Assembly (NCBI GenBank): GCA_013265495.1
Contig: MU059820.1
Coordinates: 2,578,948 to 2,642,947 of the forward strand
Length of the DNA: 64,000 bases
DNA from: Vicugna vicugna
Taxonomy: Eukaryota
Direction of reading: 5' to 3'
A program made the translations under genes and the position numbers. The notes beneath the pieces were generated by a model, which was given only the letters and a program-made list of their open reading frames with translations, did not search any database and was not told where the DNA came from. Of the stretch, positions 1-13,204 are shown in pieces (position 1 is the stretch's first letter; each line of letters begins with the position of its first letter).

Positions 1-700
1 GCACATACAGCGTGTGATACATGCGCTCAGAAACCATAGTCTGGGGCTTCTTGGTGACAGAAGTGCTAGGGAAATGGGGCTGTTTTGTCAAAGTCTAGTT
101 TAAGAAGACCTGTCCGCTAAGGGCGGTGAAAGCTACAACGCACACACGCGCAAGGTGTCTGCACACACCGCGCCGCTTGGGGGGGGGGTCCACCCCACTC
201 TTTCCGGCTTCTTCGTGTGTTTCTCTCCACGTCACTTACACTCAGCGAATCCCAGTTCCTGCCCCTCCTGCCTCTCCCTGGAAGCAGGTGCGCCCCGGCC
301 TTCTCCCTTGCAAAGCCTCCCATCCATGGAAGGGGGCGACAGGTGAGGCCGTGTGTTTCTTCACTTGTGCCAAGCTTCCCAGAGTGTGTGGAAAACACCA
401 AGAAGCAAGACTTGTGAGGAAGGACCAGGTCCTGCTGAGTAAGGAGCCTGCTGTGGGGCCGTAGAGAGGAGGGTGGGGAGGGGGACAGTCACCAGGGCAC
501 TTCCAGTGCGTACGCTGTGTCCTGTGCTCTACTGGGACCACACTGTTGAAGTTAATAAAAACGGTCTTTGCCCTGAGGACACTTCAGAGTTTGCAAACTG
601 CCTTCCTGTGTGGAATGTTTCACAGGCCACGAAGAAGAAGGAGAACCATTATTCCTTAATCATGGGTCCTGATGCAGCGTCCTCATGGGTCTGGGGCCTG

Positions 701-889
701 TGTGTGGAGGAGGTTGTGTGTGTGTTTGTGTGTGTGCATGAGGACATGGTACATGCACGATTGTGTGGACATGTGTGTGTGTGTGTGCAAGTCTGCGTAT
801 GCATGTGCACTTGTGTGATGTGCATATGTGAGTCTGTGTGTGTCTGTCTGTGTGTCTGCATGTGCGTGTGTGTGAGTGTGTGTTCACAT
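701..889. repeat. Degenerate (TG)n / TGCA-rich simple repeat
   Basis: Run of tgtgtg interrupted by ca/ct; source of Val/Cys-rich spurious ORFs. Confidence 0.9.
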
Positions 890-1052
890 GCTTTTACGCC
901 CATGCTGTCCCTCACTCTAGATAGTAGAAATAAGAGACTTGGGGCCTAGTTTCCAGCTCTGTCTCCAAATAGCCGGGGTGACCTTCGAGGAGTCTCTCCA
1001 CCTCCCTCGGTCTTTGGCAATTCTTGGAAATGTAGGTTTGCCCTGGATTCTT

Positions 1053-1238
1053 GGGGCTGGCAAGCTTTTTCTGGAAAGGGCCAGCTGTTAAGTATTTTAT
1101 TCTTTGTAAGGCACATGGAGTTTCTGTTGAATAGTCTTCTTTTTTTTCCCCAGCTGCTCAAAATTGTAAAAGCCACTCTGAGCTCGGGCTTCTTAAAAAA
1201 AGGCAGTAACACAGCGCCAGCACAGCCACAGAACCCTG
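1053..1238. mobile_element. MER58-type hAT-Charlie non-autonomous DNA transposon, decayed
   Basis: Starts ggggctggcaagctttttctggaaagggccag (MER58 terminus caggggtcggcaaactttttctgtaaagggccag); internal aaaattgtaaaagccactctgagctcggg matches MER58C-like core. Confidence 0.65.
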
Positions 1239-3060
1239 CCCGGGACCCCGCCAGCCCTGCAGGGCCGGCTCCCCCGGACAGTGAGCGAGCTGCTGCCAGT
1301 GTGGACGGTTCACCCTCCGGGGAGTTTGTCACCTGATGGCCCCCCTTGAGCAAGCTGTCAGTCCATGCGGCGGGGACACGGCTCCGAGTCAGGGCTGGGA
1401 GGCCGGCACCCTCTGCCTCTGATCCTGGAGGAAGGGCTGAATCCTCACTTGGCTGCTTCCTAATTGCGTGGCTTTGCCCAAGTCAGGCCCGCTCTCTGCT
1501 TGGGTAACTGTGCTGGAAACTGGATTCCTTTCAGATTTGACATTGTATGACTCATCCACAGTGCTGCTTGAGAGCAGAAGGATTTGAGTTCCTCTGGAGG
1601 TAAATATGCAGCGGCTCCAGTCCCTCCCACGTTGCAGCCCGCCTGAGCCCCTGCCAGCATCCAGGCCTGCGACCTCAGAAGACTGGCCCGGAGGAAGCCA
1701 CCCATTTGCTGGAAGTCGAGCTGTGACCCACAGAGGCATCCCTGCTCCTTGGTTCACCCGTCTTCGTCTTTGTGATTCATGGGTGTCTGTGGTAGGAAGA
1801 TTTCCCGGAACGCTGGCATCTATTTGATGTCTAAAGCGGTGGGGCCACGTTGATGCGTGGCTGGCATGGAAACCTTTCTGCTCTGGGAACCGCTTGCAGG
1901 ATTCTCCATTCCCAGTGTGTGTCAGCTGAGCAGGGGCTCAAGGCATCAGAGCCAGAGACTCTGGGCTCAATTAATGTATTTGCATGTCTCCTAAGAGAGC
2001 ATCTGGAAGTGCACGACGGAAATGCTCTGCGAGCAGCCCGGCGCCCGCTCGTGCCTGCCCGCAAGTGCACAGGCTCGCTGGGCGGACTGAGAGTCACTTG
2101 CGGGGGAGCCGTGTTCTCCACGTCCAGCCCCTCCTCCCTGAGCTCCTCTGGCTTCTCCACCTGCCGGCCTCCGCTCTCTTTTCCTGCCACACATCCTCCA
2201 GGGAGTACCAACCCTGCCTTTCTCTTTCCTCTTTTTCCTCCACTCCATTATCTACCCTGTTGCCAGATCAACCTTTCAAAGGTGGAAGTTTGACCACTGA
2301 TGTGACAAAGGACCCTTTAGGCAGAAAAATTTCATGACTCCCCAAAGTAAAACCCGAACTTCACTAAAACTCAGATGTTTACACTCTCCCAAAGTCATCA
2401 TAAATAAAGATGTTTGAGTCTCGTCCCCTGATACCTGGGTTCCATTGGTCAGGACTGGACCTAGTTACTGGGCTGAGAACCGCAGCCTCCAGGAACCGTT
2501 CTCAAACCAAGTTAATCTCATTGGCCCTTGAATTTGCTAAATGACAATGAACATTACTTCTAGAGTGAGAATTTCTAAGGCAGTGAACATCATTATTTAT
2601 AAATAACTCGAACTATGCTACGTGCCCTCCTGCTGCTGCAGGTTCCTGCCCCTGTTTCTCTTTGTTATTCTTCCCTGTGGGCCTGGAGTCTCTCATCCTC
2701 AGAGTAACCTTCTTCTAATGCATCCCAGCACCTCTGATCCTTATTTTCTCTACCTGGTTCCCTGAGCACAGTACAGGATTATCTCACGTTGGATTCCACC
2801 CATCTAGTGTATCCACCTCATTCTGCCTGTCCCAGCCCTGACTTGACTGCACCTGGACAGCTTGGCAGAGAGATGGATTAGCATTAATTCTGAGTTGAGA
2901 CCTGGTTCTTAGAAAAGACCCCTTCCACATGCAGCAGGGCTCACTGGATCCTACTTTGAGGATTGGACTGGTGGGGAGCAGAGGAAAACTTTTGAAAACA
3001 GGCACCATTGGCTGATACCCCACTGAAACTTAGAAGACACAGACAAAGGTGCTTGGATTG

Positions 3061-3628
3061 TGTGGTTAGCAGAATTCCATGGTGGTCCCCCAGATCCCTA
3101 ACCCCTGGTGTCCACACACCATCTCCCAGTTATCCACTCCGATGCTAAGCTAGATGCTTCTGTGAAGGGATTTTTGCAGATGTAACTAAGGTCAGAAATC
3201 AGTTGACTTTAAGGGATGGAGAAGACCATGGGTGGGCCTGACCTAATCAGATGAGCATGTAAATAAGGCTGGGCTCTTCCTTGCTGGAAAGATTTGAAGC
3301 AAGAGAAGGATTCCAGGGTGAGAGGGCACATGGAGGTGACTACATCGTAAGGAACTATGGGCAGCCTTTAGGAGCTGGGCCCAGCTCTGGGCCTGCAGCC
3401 AACAAAAGAATGGGAACCTCAGTCCTAAAACCTCAAGGAACTGAATTATGCTAACAGCCACATGAATTTGCAGGAAAACCCAGGAAGGAGGGCAGCCTTG
3501 TGGCATCCTAAGCAGAGGATCCCACTGATCTGCATTTGGCTTCTGAACTCTAGAAATCCTAAGATAACAAAGGAGTGACGTGGATGCCACAGGATTTGTG
3601 GTAATTTGTCGCCTGCTGCAGGACTACT
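3061..3628 (+). mobile_element. MaLR solo LTR, MLT1E/F/G-like
   Basis: tgtggttagcagaattcc start; gtgaagggatttttgcagatgtaactaagg, gggtgggcctgacctaatcag, ctcagtcctaaaacctcaaggaactgaatt, tttgtggtaatttgt are MLT1 hallmarks. Confidence 0.85.
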
Positions 3629-4509
3629 GTATGCTGTCTCCTCTCCAGATCATCCTTTCTCAAGATTGTTTTCCTTTGTGATTTATTAATACTCTGCCCC
3701 CTCCAGGCTCATGAAGTCCTGGCAGGGCTGTCATTTCCCGGCAGATGACATGGGGAGCAAGTTCTGTTATGAACGAGACTTTCTCCCAGAACAGAGTAGG
3801 GTGGGAAGAAAGAGTGTCCCAGGTAAATTCTAAATATTCTTTTTGCAACCTGCTGCCAAAATCCCTAACGTGTTGGCCATGGCCCTCCAAAAGATGGGAT
3901 GAAAAACTTATTCTAAAAAAGACCTTTTATCTTTTGTTACCAAGGGCTTCAAGGTAACCTAAGTCTACATCAGAGATCAGGTCATGTTTTTAATAGCGGA
4001 CCAGGGTACATGGTTGGTCACCTCTTACCACGACAGCCTGGGCTCCCCAGTCCTGCCTGGTGACACCTGGGCACCATGTCTCGGGCTCTCACCTTGCCTG
4101 AGCAGTGGCTTTTCCCTGAGAGCGAGAGCAGAGGTTCAGTAATAATGTGGGTTTGGCAGGTGGAGCATCTGGGTCTTTTCAAGCTCCTTAAAGAAGCTCA
4201 TGTAATTAGAGCTAATCTGTTCCAATTTCAAATCAAAAGGTAACATGATTAATATCCTCTAAAAATAGTCAGCGAAAGTCACGTTTAACAAGGTGCCTTG
4301 CATATAGGCTACTTATAAATATAACCTATGATGAAGGCTGAGGGTGTGCCCACTGGAGGAAGCTGGAATCAAGACCCTCTCCCAGCTGCCGGCCGCCCCC
4401 CCGTTTCCGCCCGGCCACGCTCAGCCTCCTTTATAGTCGAGCTCTCGCCCTGGGTTCACGGCCATTTCTAGAACCTCTGGCTCGTGCGTCTCAAGGGCTG
4501 GAATCGTGG

Positions 4510-4575
4510 GGGCATCTTATCCCCAGCCCTGGAACTGTGCTGGCACACAGAAGGCCTCAGGGGAGGCTGATTTAA
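4510..4575 (+). mobile_element. L2 3' end fragment
   Basis: tatccccagccctggaactgtgctggcacacagaaggcctca resembles L2 terminus tccccagcacctagcacagtgcctggcacatagtaggcgctca. Confidence 0.45.
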
Positions 4576-5029
4576 TTAGTTAAAATCCACTCCTTTTTTT
4601 CCCTTCCTGATCCAACCTTGGGTTTCTACTCTTGCCTAAATTCTGCCCTCCATCTGACCAGCTTGATGGACAATAGCACGCCCCCTGCCCTCCAACAAAG
4701 CAGTTTCTTCCATCTCCACCCTCTGCAATGAATACTCTCACATTCCTGAGCTTGCCTGAGGGCTCAGTGTGGTCTCCTTGTGACCGAGGAGTTTCTGTCC
4801 CTCTTGAGACATTCTGGGCATGTGATGCTTCCAAAGTGAAATAACTCTTGTAGAGCCAAGGTAGGAAGGATTATTCTGTTTTATAACCATGCCTTACCCC
4901 TGAGTCAGCACAGGCTCCTGTGTTTACTGAGAGACCCTCTCCCTCGATTATTCGCCGCAGGTTGGATTGTTGCAAAATTGTTGCAAAACAACAGGCTTGG
5001 TTACACTTTGCAGCGGTCACTGTCACTGT

Positions 5030-5400
5030 CAGTCATCAAGCCTTTCTGAAGTGCCTGCTGTCTACCAGTTACTGTTCCAAGTCCTGGGAACACAGTGATG
5101 AGCAGGACGAAAGTCTAGCCTCTAGAGGTTTTTACCTCTAGTGGGGGGTAAAAACAGGAAATAATAGCTGCGTATTATAGATATAATGTAAATTTCAGGC
5201 TGTGCTAGTTTATAGCACATGCTATAAATTAAAGGGTGTAAGAAAATTGACTAATGAGGTGGTGGCTCTTTTAGGGTGAGGTTGCCTCTCTGATGACACG
5301 TGAGGAAAAATAAGATGCATATCTCCTGGGGGAAAAAGTGAGGTAGGCAGAGGGTACAGGAAGAGCAAAGGTCCTGAGGTTGGAAGTAGTTTGACTTCAA
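5030..5400 (-). mobile_element. L2 LINE 3' fragment
   Basis: ctgggaacacagtgatgagcaggac...ctctagtggggg and ggcagagggtacaggaagagcaaaggtcctgagg match antisense L2 3' region. Confidence 0.65.
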
Positions 5401-6952
5401 GTACTTCACCACATGAAGGCCTTGATGATTCAGATACTTTTCTGTCCTCCTGGGAATATGGAAGGAAAGTCAGGTGAGCCGGGATAAGCAAAAGAAGGCA
5501 GGTCTGAGGAAGGTTAGCATCCTCTACCTGTTCGGCCATCAGTGGTGGCCCCAGCTGGGCAGTTGGCGTTCGGGAGCTGTGTGGGGCCGTGTCAGCCAGA
5601 CCAAGGATTTGTCTTGTTGCTGCTGTGGTTGCAAGTCTGGGGACTGAGCAGAAAGTCTGGGGAAAGGGTGGGTGGGGTCCACAGAACTGAGATAGGTGGT
5701 TTGCACTCCCCTGTAGGAGGCCTGCGCAGACAGAGCCGGCTCACCTGGCCCCGCTGTGTTGACGCGGAGGGGATGGTGAGGTATTGCAGGCAGCCTGTCT
5801 ACAGGATGCGATGTTGGGGGGGCTGGTAAACTTCTGTGATTTCCCTCCAAACACCTCCTTCTCTCCAGGCTCTTGATCCCCCCCCCTGCATCCTCATCCT
5901 TCCTTTTTCTCCTTCGTTTTCCCATCCTTCAAGCCTCAGGTGAAGGCTCCTCGTAAGGATGACAGAAAGGAACAAGTGGCAAGACAAATGGCGCACTCTT
6001 GGCTTTGACCTCCAGAGCAGTCTGAGGAGCCAGGGCTCTGGAGTTCAAGAGCCAGACAGACCTCTTCTCAAGTTCTCCAGAGGCTGGCTTCAGATGCCAG
6101 GCACCAAGCCCAGGGGACTCGGGGAAGCGTAAATCTTACACATTCCCGATGAAGAAGGAAGATGCGATGACAGAGCTGCCGTTCTCTCACCAAACACGAG
6201 GTAAGAACCCTCACTCTGGGGGTGGGAGGGAGGTGGGGAGGGCTTGGCCAAGCAAGAGCAAAATGCGGGGCTGCCCCAGCATCTCCTTGAAGCTGGAAAC
6301 CCTCGGAGGTCGGGGGCTAGGTTTGGGGACCACAGTGCAGAGGGGGTTTGCACCTGGTTTGCTCATGTTCGCCCAGGGAACTGCAGACCTGTCAGACAGC
6401 CTGGCACCTAGACGTCGGCCGGCGTTGGGATTTGGAGGTCAGGTGGGGTGTGGACAGGGGAGACCACAGGGTTAGGACAGGGAGACAGGTCCTGCTGGGG
6501 ACCAGACAGCAGGTGCCGTGGGAACCTAGAGCATCGCTGTGTCAGCCTCCCCCAAACACCCATGCATCTGCAAGGGAGGGAGGAGGAGCCTTGGGCCGAG
6601 GCCCCACGCACAGATGTAAATCATGAGGGAGTGAGTTTACCGTATGCTTCTCCCCAGACACGGGGGTTCGTGTGGGGTGCAGGTCTAGGGAGCTGAAGTT
6701 CCTCCTCTGAGTGCTTGACGTTCTGTGACTGTGAGGGTCACATCTGTGATCCCTGACAAATGGTCTCAGCAGACGGAGTAGCTTTCCACTTCACCATGAG
6801 GGGTAAGGCTCAGCGCGTGACACGCTCACTGGAATATCCCCATCGAGCCCTTGGAGAAGGTGAGCTAAGGCAGGGGGAGGGCCCGGAGCAGGTGCGGGGC
6901 GGGGCTGCAGGAAAGTCAGGTTTGCTCTGGGCTGGCTGACTGTCTTGGACGG

Positions 6953-7410
6953 TGTGTCTGTTTCCTAGGGAGCTGCTCTAACAGCACACCACAAACCAGG
7001 ATGGCTGAAAACCACAGAAATGTATTCCCTGACAGCTGTGGAGAACAGAAGCCCCAAATTGTGGTGTTGGCAGAGCCAACAGAGGGCTCTAGGGGAGAAT
7101 CTGTTCGTGCCTCTCCCTTGGCTTCTGGTGTTGCCGGCAACCTTGGCATCCCTCGGACTGTGGACACATCCCTTCAGTCTCTGCCTGCATCTTCACCTGA
7201 CCTCTTCCCTCCCCTCCATCACATCATCCTCCCTCTTCTTACAACGACCCCTGACATATCAGATTAGGGTCCATCCTAACGACCTCATTTTGACTTGATT
7301 ATGTCTGCAAAACCTATTTCCAAATAAGGCCACATTCACACACGGGTCCTAACCCGTGCCTGGGTTAGGACGGGTGCCTGACTTTTGGGGGGGACACAAT
7401 TCAATTGCCA
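6953..7410 (-). mobile_element. MaLR solo LTR, MLT1B/C-like
   Basis: tttcctaggg...ccacaaaccaggatggctgaaaaccacagaaatgtatt, ggctctaggggagaatc, ctatttccaaataaggccacatt, ggggggacacaattcaa. Confidence 0.85.
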
Positions 7411-8315
7411 AGAGTGAACTAGCTTGCAGAAACCCTGTTGTTTTGTTTGCTTCCTGATCGGATGCCAGGTTTCGAGAAATCAAATTGCAGAACTTACATA
7501 TTTCTCAAAAGTGTTTACAATCCATTCACAGTTCTAAGGCAAAGCATTGAGACCTGTAAATCTGTTCAGAAACTCTTCGGGAAACACTCATTCTTCCTGA
7601 GAGTAGTGAACTGATAACACCTAGGGGATGTGGGGAGATGTGCAGGTGGCTGCAGCGCACCCACTCACGACTGGGCTCACACCTGCCATGGGGGAAACTC
7701 ACCCTGAGACTTCGGGATTCTGGGGGTTGAAAAGAACCATGTATGCGTAAAACATGTTCAAAGGAATAAAAGGTGGCAGCTCCGTGTCGAAATGTTTCCC
7801 CTGAACGCCCCACAGACATGGGAAGCACATCACGTCAGAATAATGCATGTCGCCTGTGATTGTGCCCACCTCCCCCGCACCCCACAAGGCAGCAAAGACA
7901 GCAATCCCCACGTGAAGCTGGGACCTGCTGCGTTCCCCCCACCCCCACCCCTCCCGGAGCTTTACAAACTCGAATATACCAAGGTGGTGTGCGGGGGCAA
8001 CTTTATAAAAAGGTTTCCTGTAAAATAACGTGTATTGAAAGTCTGATGATAAATTCGAGAAATTTCTCTCTAAAGTTAAGCACAAGGAATTCTGAGGGTT
8101 TACGCTGATCTCCTGACTCTAAATACAGAGAGTTCAGTTGTCCCAGGAAGGGGAGTCACAGACGGAGCAAGAGGAGGGGACGGCACAGGGGAGGCGGTGC
8201 TTCTCTTTTTGTTTTTATAGCATAGTTTCCTGGGCTGGCCCTCTCAGCAGTATGACGGATAGATTAAAAGGTGAACTTGACTTTCATCAAAGCAAGTTAG
8301 TAGCTTAGGGGAATT

Positions 8316-8392
8316 CACACACACACACTCACACACACACTCTCACACACTCACACTCACACACACTCACACACACACACACTCACACACAC
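8316..8392. repeat. Interrupted (CA)n microsatellite
   Basis: cacacacacacactcacacacacactctcacac... Confidence 0.95.
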
Positions 8393-8837
8393 TGTCTCTC
8401 TCTCCACTGTGCACAGTATGTCACTTTAGTTGTAGCAAAAATACTTTTTATCCATTGATAAAAATTCCGCCTTTCACCTGTCAAGGGTTCATACTAGTTG
8501 GAAAACAAAGGGTTTTAAAGCATTGCTTAGAAATGTATCCTTAAAAGCTGCAAAATAAAGAGCTTTAATGCGTAGTTTACTTTTACATAAAGGGAGATTA
8601 ATAGATTGATTACTTGTGTGCCATTTGGATAAGAGAAATGCTTTTCACAGTTTATTATCCTCAATTAAAGCTAGAAATACCCTTGGGGGCCCAGGTTACA
8701 ACTGTTTTAGCTCCCAGCTACCACACCCTTCCATGGTCCCTCCCATACACATTTTAAAGGTTTGAATACTCAAACACAAAAGCTGGTAATTCAAGATAAG
8801 TGCTTCAGCTCTGTGTTTTACCTTTTTTGTTGTTGTT

Positions 8838-8965
8838 AGTGGTGATGGTGGTGGTGGTGATGGAGGTGATGATGCTGGTTACGGTGGTGGAGGTGGAGAT
8901 GGTGGCGGTGATGGTTGTGGTGATGATGGTGGTGGTGGTGGTGTGTGGGCTGACGGTGGTGAGTG
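8838..8965. repeat. Degenerate (GGT/GAT)n trinucleotide repeat
   Basis: ggtgatggtggtggtggtgatggaggtgatgatg... Confidence 0.9.
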
Positions 8966-9115
8966 TGGGATGGGGAGGGGCTAGAGGATGGTGGGGATGG
9001 GGATATATGTCACAACTTTTAAATGGCTCTGGGCAATAAAAAAAGACAAAAGAGTTTAAATGCTTAAAAATCTGCAGGTACATTTTTAAAGCATCCTGAT
9101 GATTATTCCTTAAGC

Positions 9116-9295
9116 CAGTGGTTCTCAGCCTGACTGTCCAGTAAAAGCATATGGGGAGCTTTGAAAACAAACCAACGCAGAGGCTGCTCCCCACTGAGAT
9201 TCTGATTTAATTAGTTGGGGGTGAGGAGCAGACATGGATATGTTTTAAAATCTCCCCAGGAGAGGTTGATGGGCAGGCAGGGTGTTGATCCACTG
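9116..9295. mobile_element. MER5A-type hAT-Charlie MITE
   Basis: Terminal inverted repeats cagtgg...ccactg, ~180 bp, internal gagattctgatttaattagttgggg and ttttaaaatctccccagg. Confidence 0.8.
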
Positions 9296-10663
9296 CAGGT
9301 CAAACAGAGCATCCCAGTTAGATGCGGGTAACGAAGATGGAGACCCAGACGGTGCCACTGCCTCTGAAAGAACAATCTTGTTGTCAGTCTGGGCAATAAC
9401 AAAGCCACCCACTTCATTTTTTTATTGAAATATAACTTAATTTTTTAGTAGTTATTATAAACTATTTTAAAAACTCAGGAAAGGATACAGAATACCCATG
9501 TTCTCTATTCCAGATTTGATCATGGGTGCCAGTATTCTGCTATATTTCTTCTGTACCAGTTTTGAAAATGTGGCTTTTAAAAATTATCTCATAAATTTGA
9601 ATGGATTGAAACGTTTGGAGTATATTTGGGCAAATGTATTTGGAAGGCATATTACTTACTTAGGGTCCCTCTAGGTCATTTACACTGTAGTATAAGTGAG
9701 GGAACTGGGTGGAGGCAATGGTAGAGACTGAAGACTGGGCAAAGATGGGGAGACAAAATGGGAAACAGGGTGCAGGCTGGGCCTGCGATGGCTAAGGCAG
9801 CCCCCAGTTTGTCTGCTGCTGATCCTAACAATGAGTTTATAATCTTTTTATTAAGGAGTTTTGTTTTTGTTTTTTTGAGAAGAAACCATAATTCAGGAAT
9901 GTGAGCACTCCGAAGAATTTTAGCTTTCTTTGTCACCCATTGGGTTTCTCCCACAGCTTTTCATTAAGTTTCTGGGCATTGATTTTGATCCTGTCTCCCT
10001 TTTTGCAGAAACATGCTGACTGCTTCAGCGCGCCCCTGTGGAAGCGGCTCCCTATGTGTCTGCCCCCCACGACCGAGAGAGGGCTTGTTTTTGCTCTGCT
10101 CTGCTGACTGCCCTCTATTATTTGGAAATTGCTGCCTTTTGACATTTCTTTCCAACAAGTACTACCTGGGGTTCTGGATTATAATCCTAGGACAGCAGCT
10201 AAAATTTCCTTGGTCCTACCATTTGAAGATGTTTATTTTAAAAAGATTGTAAAAGGTGGAGTTTAATTCTAAAATACTTCAGTAAAAAACCTCTTCCAAG
10301 TTCCTGTAATTCCCTTTGGCAGAGAGACACTATATACATAACCCAGAGCCGTGTCAAAAATAGATGCAAACAAAGCGAGCTCAGGGCTGGCCTCTGCCTC
10401 TGTCTTCCTTCTCTCAGATTCCGCCGACGTCATGCCCTCTGAAGTCTTAAAGGGATCTGTTAAATCATAGTGCAATCAAAACCCTGTCACCTTCTACTGC
10501 CTTTTAGCTTCAGGAAGGCTGGCATTCTTGCTTAACCGTTCAAAAACAAAACGAAAAACAAAAATATAAAGGAGATGATCTGGAAGTTCCATCCTAGAAA
10601 AGTTTATTCATCCCTCCTTGATGTCTGTCTAAACTGACTACAGGAACAAGGCTCTTGGCCAAC

Positions 10664-10820
10664 CAGTGGAAGTTCCTCAGAGCTCCGCAGCATCAGCATT
10701 GCCAGCATCTTTTGTTGGAAACACAGAATCCTAGGCTCCACCCCAGACTGGCTGAATCAGAAGCTGCATTTTAATAAGAGCCCCAGATGGTTCCTGTGCA
10801 CATTCACGTTCAAGAAACAC
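10664..10820. mobile_element. MER5A-type hAT-Charlie MITE
   Basis: cagcatcagcatt, cagaatcctaggctccaccccagactggctgaatcagaagctgcattttaataagagcccc. Confidence 0.75.
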
Positions 10821-13204
10821 GAACTTATAGCACAGAATCAACACTTGTAGCCCTCAGCTCCCACGGGCAATTCTAACTTAGCCACCAGGAAAACGTGGCT
10901 TACAGCGTTCGAAATCACCTTAAAGGAGTTTAAGGAAAACAAAGCACTGATGTATCAACGTCTTCTCTTAACACAGGAGTGATGATTCCAATTGCAAGTT
11001 TTCCAAAGAACCTAGAGATTACCACTTTATTTTAAAATTGTATTCCCAGTGTCATATCTACTGTTTTCTAACTAAAATTATATACGCTAAATAAGGAAGA
11101 GAAATACACACGATTTCCAAGTTATGCCAATTCAGCTTCTTTCTAAAATCCAAAGAACAGGCCTGGCGTTTAGAGGTGAGCGAGAGAAAGACTTCTCTCA
11201 AAGGTTCGTGAGGCAACCTGGCTTCGTCCTCAAAAACCTTACGATCAAGAGCCACAAGTTCAGCTGCTGGAAAATGGGAGGAGCCTGGAAGCAGCCAGCA
11301 CAGAGTGGGAAGCAGGTCATCTTTGCATGAGCCCGCCCATAGCTCCTCTGGGGGCATCTGCTCCCAGGGGAGGAGTGTTACCAGACTCCTGAATAGACCT
11401 GGCTTTGCTTCTGCCTGAAGACAGCATCCTTGCTTTGAGGGTGGTAACCCTCGTCCCCACACCCCGTCCGCATGACCAACACCTCTGTCCCCACTCCCAC
11501 CTCCACCACCTTCCCCTGGTGCTGACCCCCCACCCATTGGAGGTCATTCTCTGGACAGTGTCTGTGGTTAACGATGCGCAGCCCTCTCTGCTTCCATGTC
11601 TCCACCTTGAGGAAGAGGTGGACCTTCCCAGAACATCATCTTTCAGTGGCTTCTGTGAGGGCAGGGGGAGTTGGAGGGAGGGGATGGGGGACAGAGGGGC
11701 TGTGACGTGGAGACCAAGGGCATCAGAGTCCCCACCCCCAGCCTGACAGCGGGGCCCTGTTCCAGTGCCCTGTTTTGAAAGATGGAAATGCAAGGTGAAG
11801 CCTTAGTGTAGAATCTTGTAGTTTCTCAGGGTAAAATCACGCCCCTAAAGACAGGACCGCTTCTCTCTAAGGTGTGATGAGTGTCTGTGGGGCTGGGAAA
11901 CTGCTGACATTTCCGAAGAGCTTCGGGGGGGCCAGTGATCTCACACGCCTGCTTCCACTTGAAAGAATAAGGCTTGTGTGGGTTCGGTTGTGGTTGTGTC
12001 TCAGCTGGGGGGTTCCTGGGGCATCGGGCGTAGGGGGTGCATCTCTTGGGGCCATAATATTGCAGAGGTGACCCTTCTGGGGCCCCAAGGTGAACCTGGA
12101 GACACAGTATGGCTAGGAGGGCTGGACCCCGCATTCCTGTGTCCCGGATGACACTCGAGGGTGGCGTGTGGGCTGGGGATGAACACACTCGCCGAAGCCT
12201 TGTAGGATCACTCAGGATTTCTCTCTAGTGGAAGCTGGTGTCTGTCAGCGGAACAGACAAGCTGACAGCCTTGGGGGAGAGTAAACCTGGGCCTCAGAGG
12301 CAGCAGGGATAACACGCTGGCAGACACATCCCTGCCAAAAACAGAGGTGAGCGAAGGCAGTGCCTGGAGCATGGGATTTGAGCTTCAAAAAGGAAGAGAA
12401 AAGGCGAATGTCTGGTGCCGGGACTGCTGGGAATTCACCTTGGAGCCCTGGCCAGGCTCTTCCCGAGGTGGGGGAGGGCCGGCAGGCTGGGATGGATGAG
12501 TCACGGAGCCAGCAGGGAACCGGTTAGTGTGAAAGCCCGAGATTTGCCTGCAGGCAACCACCCCGACTTCTTCGTCTTGCTAAGGGATTTAAACAGAATT
12601 TCTAAATGCTGGGACTGGCGTTTCTGGGGGAGAACTGGGTTCTCTCCACTTTAGGAAGCTGCTTTGGCTTCAAAAATCTTCTGAAGGCAGCCCTGCAAGG
12701 AGGCCTGCGCCGCTGTCAGCTTGCAGATCCCTGGTTGGGGTGTCCCCTGCTCCCTGCCCATCCTGCTCTGCATTTGGCCCCTCGCAAGATGCTGCTCAGC
12801 AAGGAAGGGGAACGGTGAGTGAGTCACAGGATGCTGTGAGGACAGTGACTCCCTGCGGGAGCCACCCCCATGCGGGGGGGGGAGGGGGGGGAGAAGCGCA
12901 GCGCCGCCCATGGTGGGAGGGATGACCTCACCACACCGAGGGCTGTCGCCACGTGTAGGTGACACTTACACGCTCGTGCCCAGTAAGAAGCCCTTAGATG
13001 CAGATCACATGCAAAAGGCCTCCCCCGGAAGCGGGACCCACTGGAGGCACCAGGAAATGGTGGATCTAAAAATAAGCTCTATTATTCCTCACAGCTGCCT
13101 GTCTTATGGCAAATTAAATACTGCTACTGATATTGCTGTTGGATAAACACAAGGATCGCTTTTCTAGGAGCAAAGTGTCCCTTCTAACGTCTGGTCTAAA
13201 ATCT

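Noticed and set aside
473-949. 158-aa Val/Cys-rich ORF and antisense His/Thr-rich ORFs
   Set aside because: Products of the (TG)n repeat; no coding features. The same applies to ORFs at 54294-54712 and 63703-63944
8800-9194. Poly-Val 'transmembrane-like' ORF and antisense poly-Thr ORF
   Set aside because: Translation of a degenerate (GGT)n repeat
11058-11793. Overlapping 113-159 aa ORFs
   Set aside because: No domain similarity I recognise and no convincing paired splice sites; typical of GC-rich non-coding DNA
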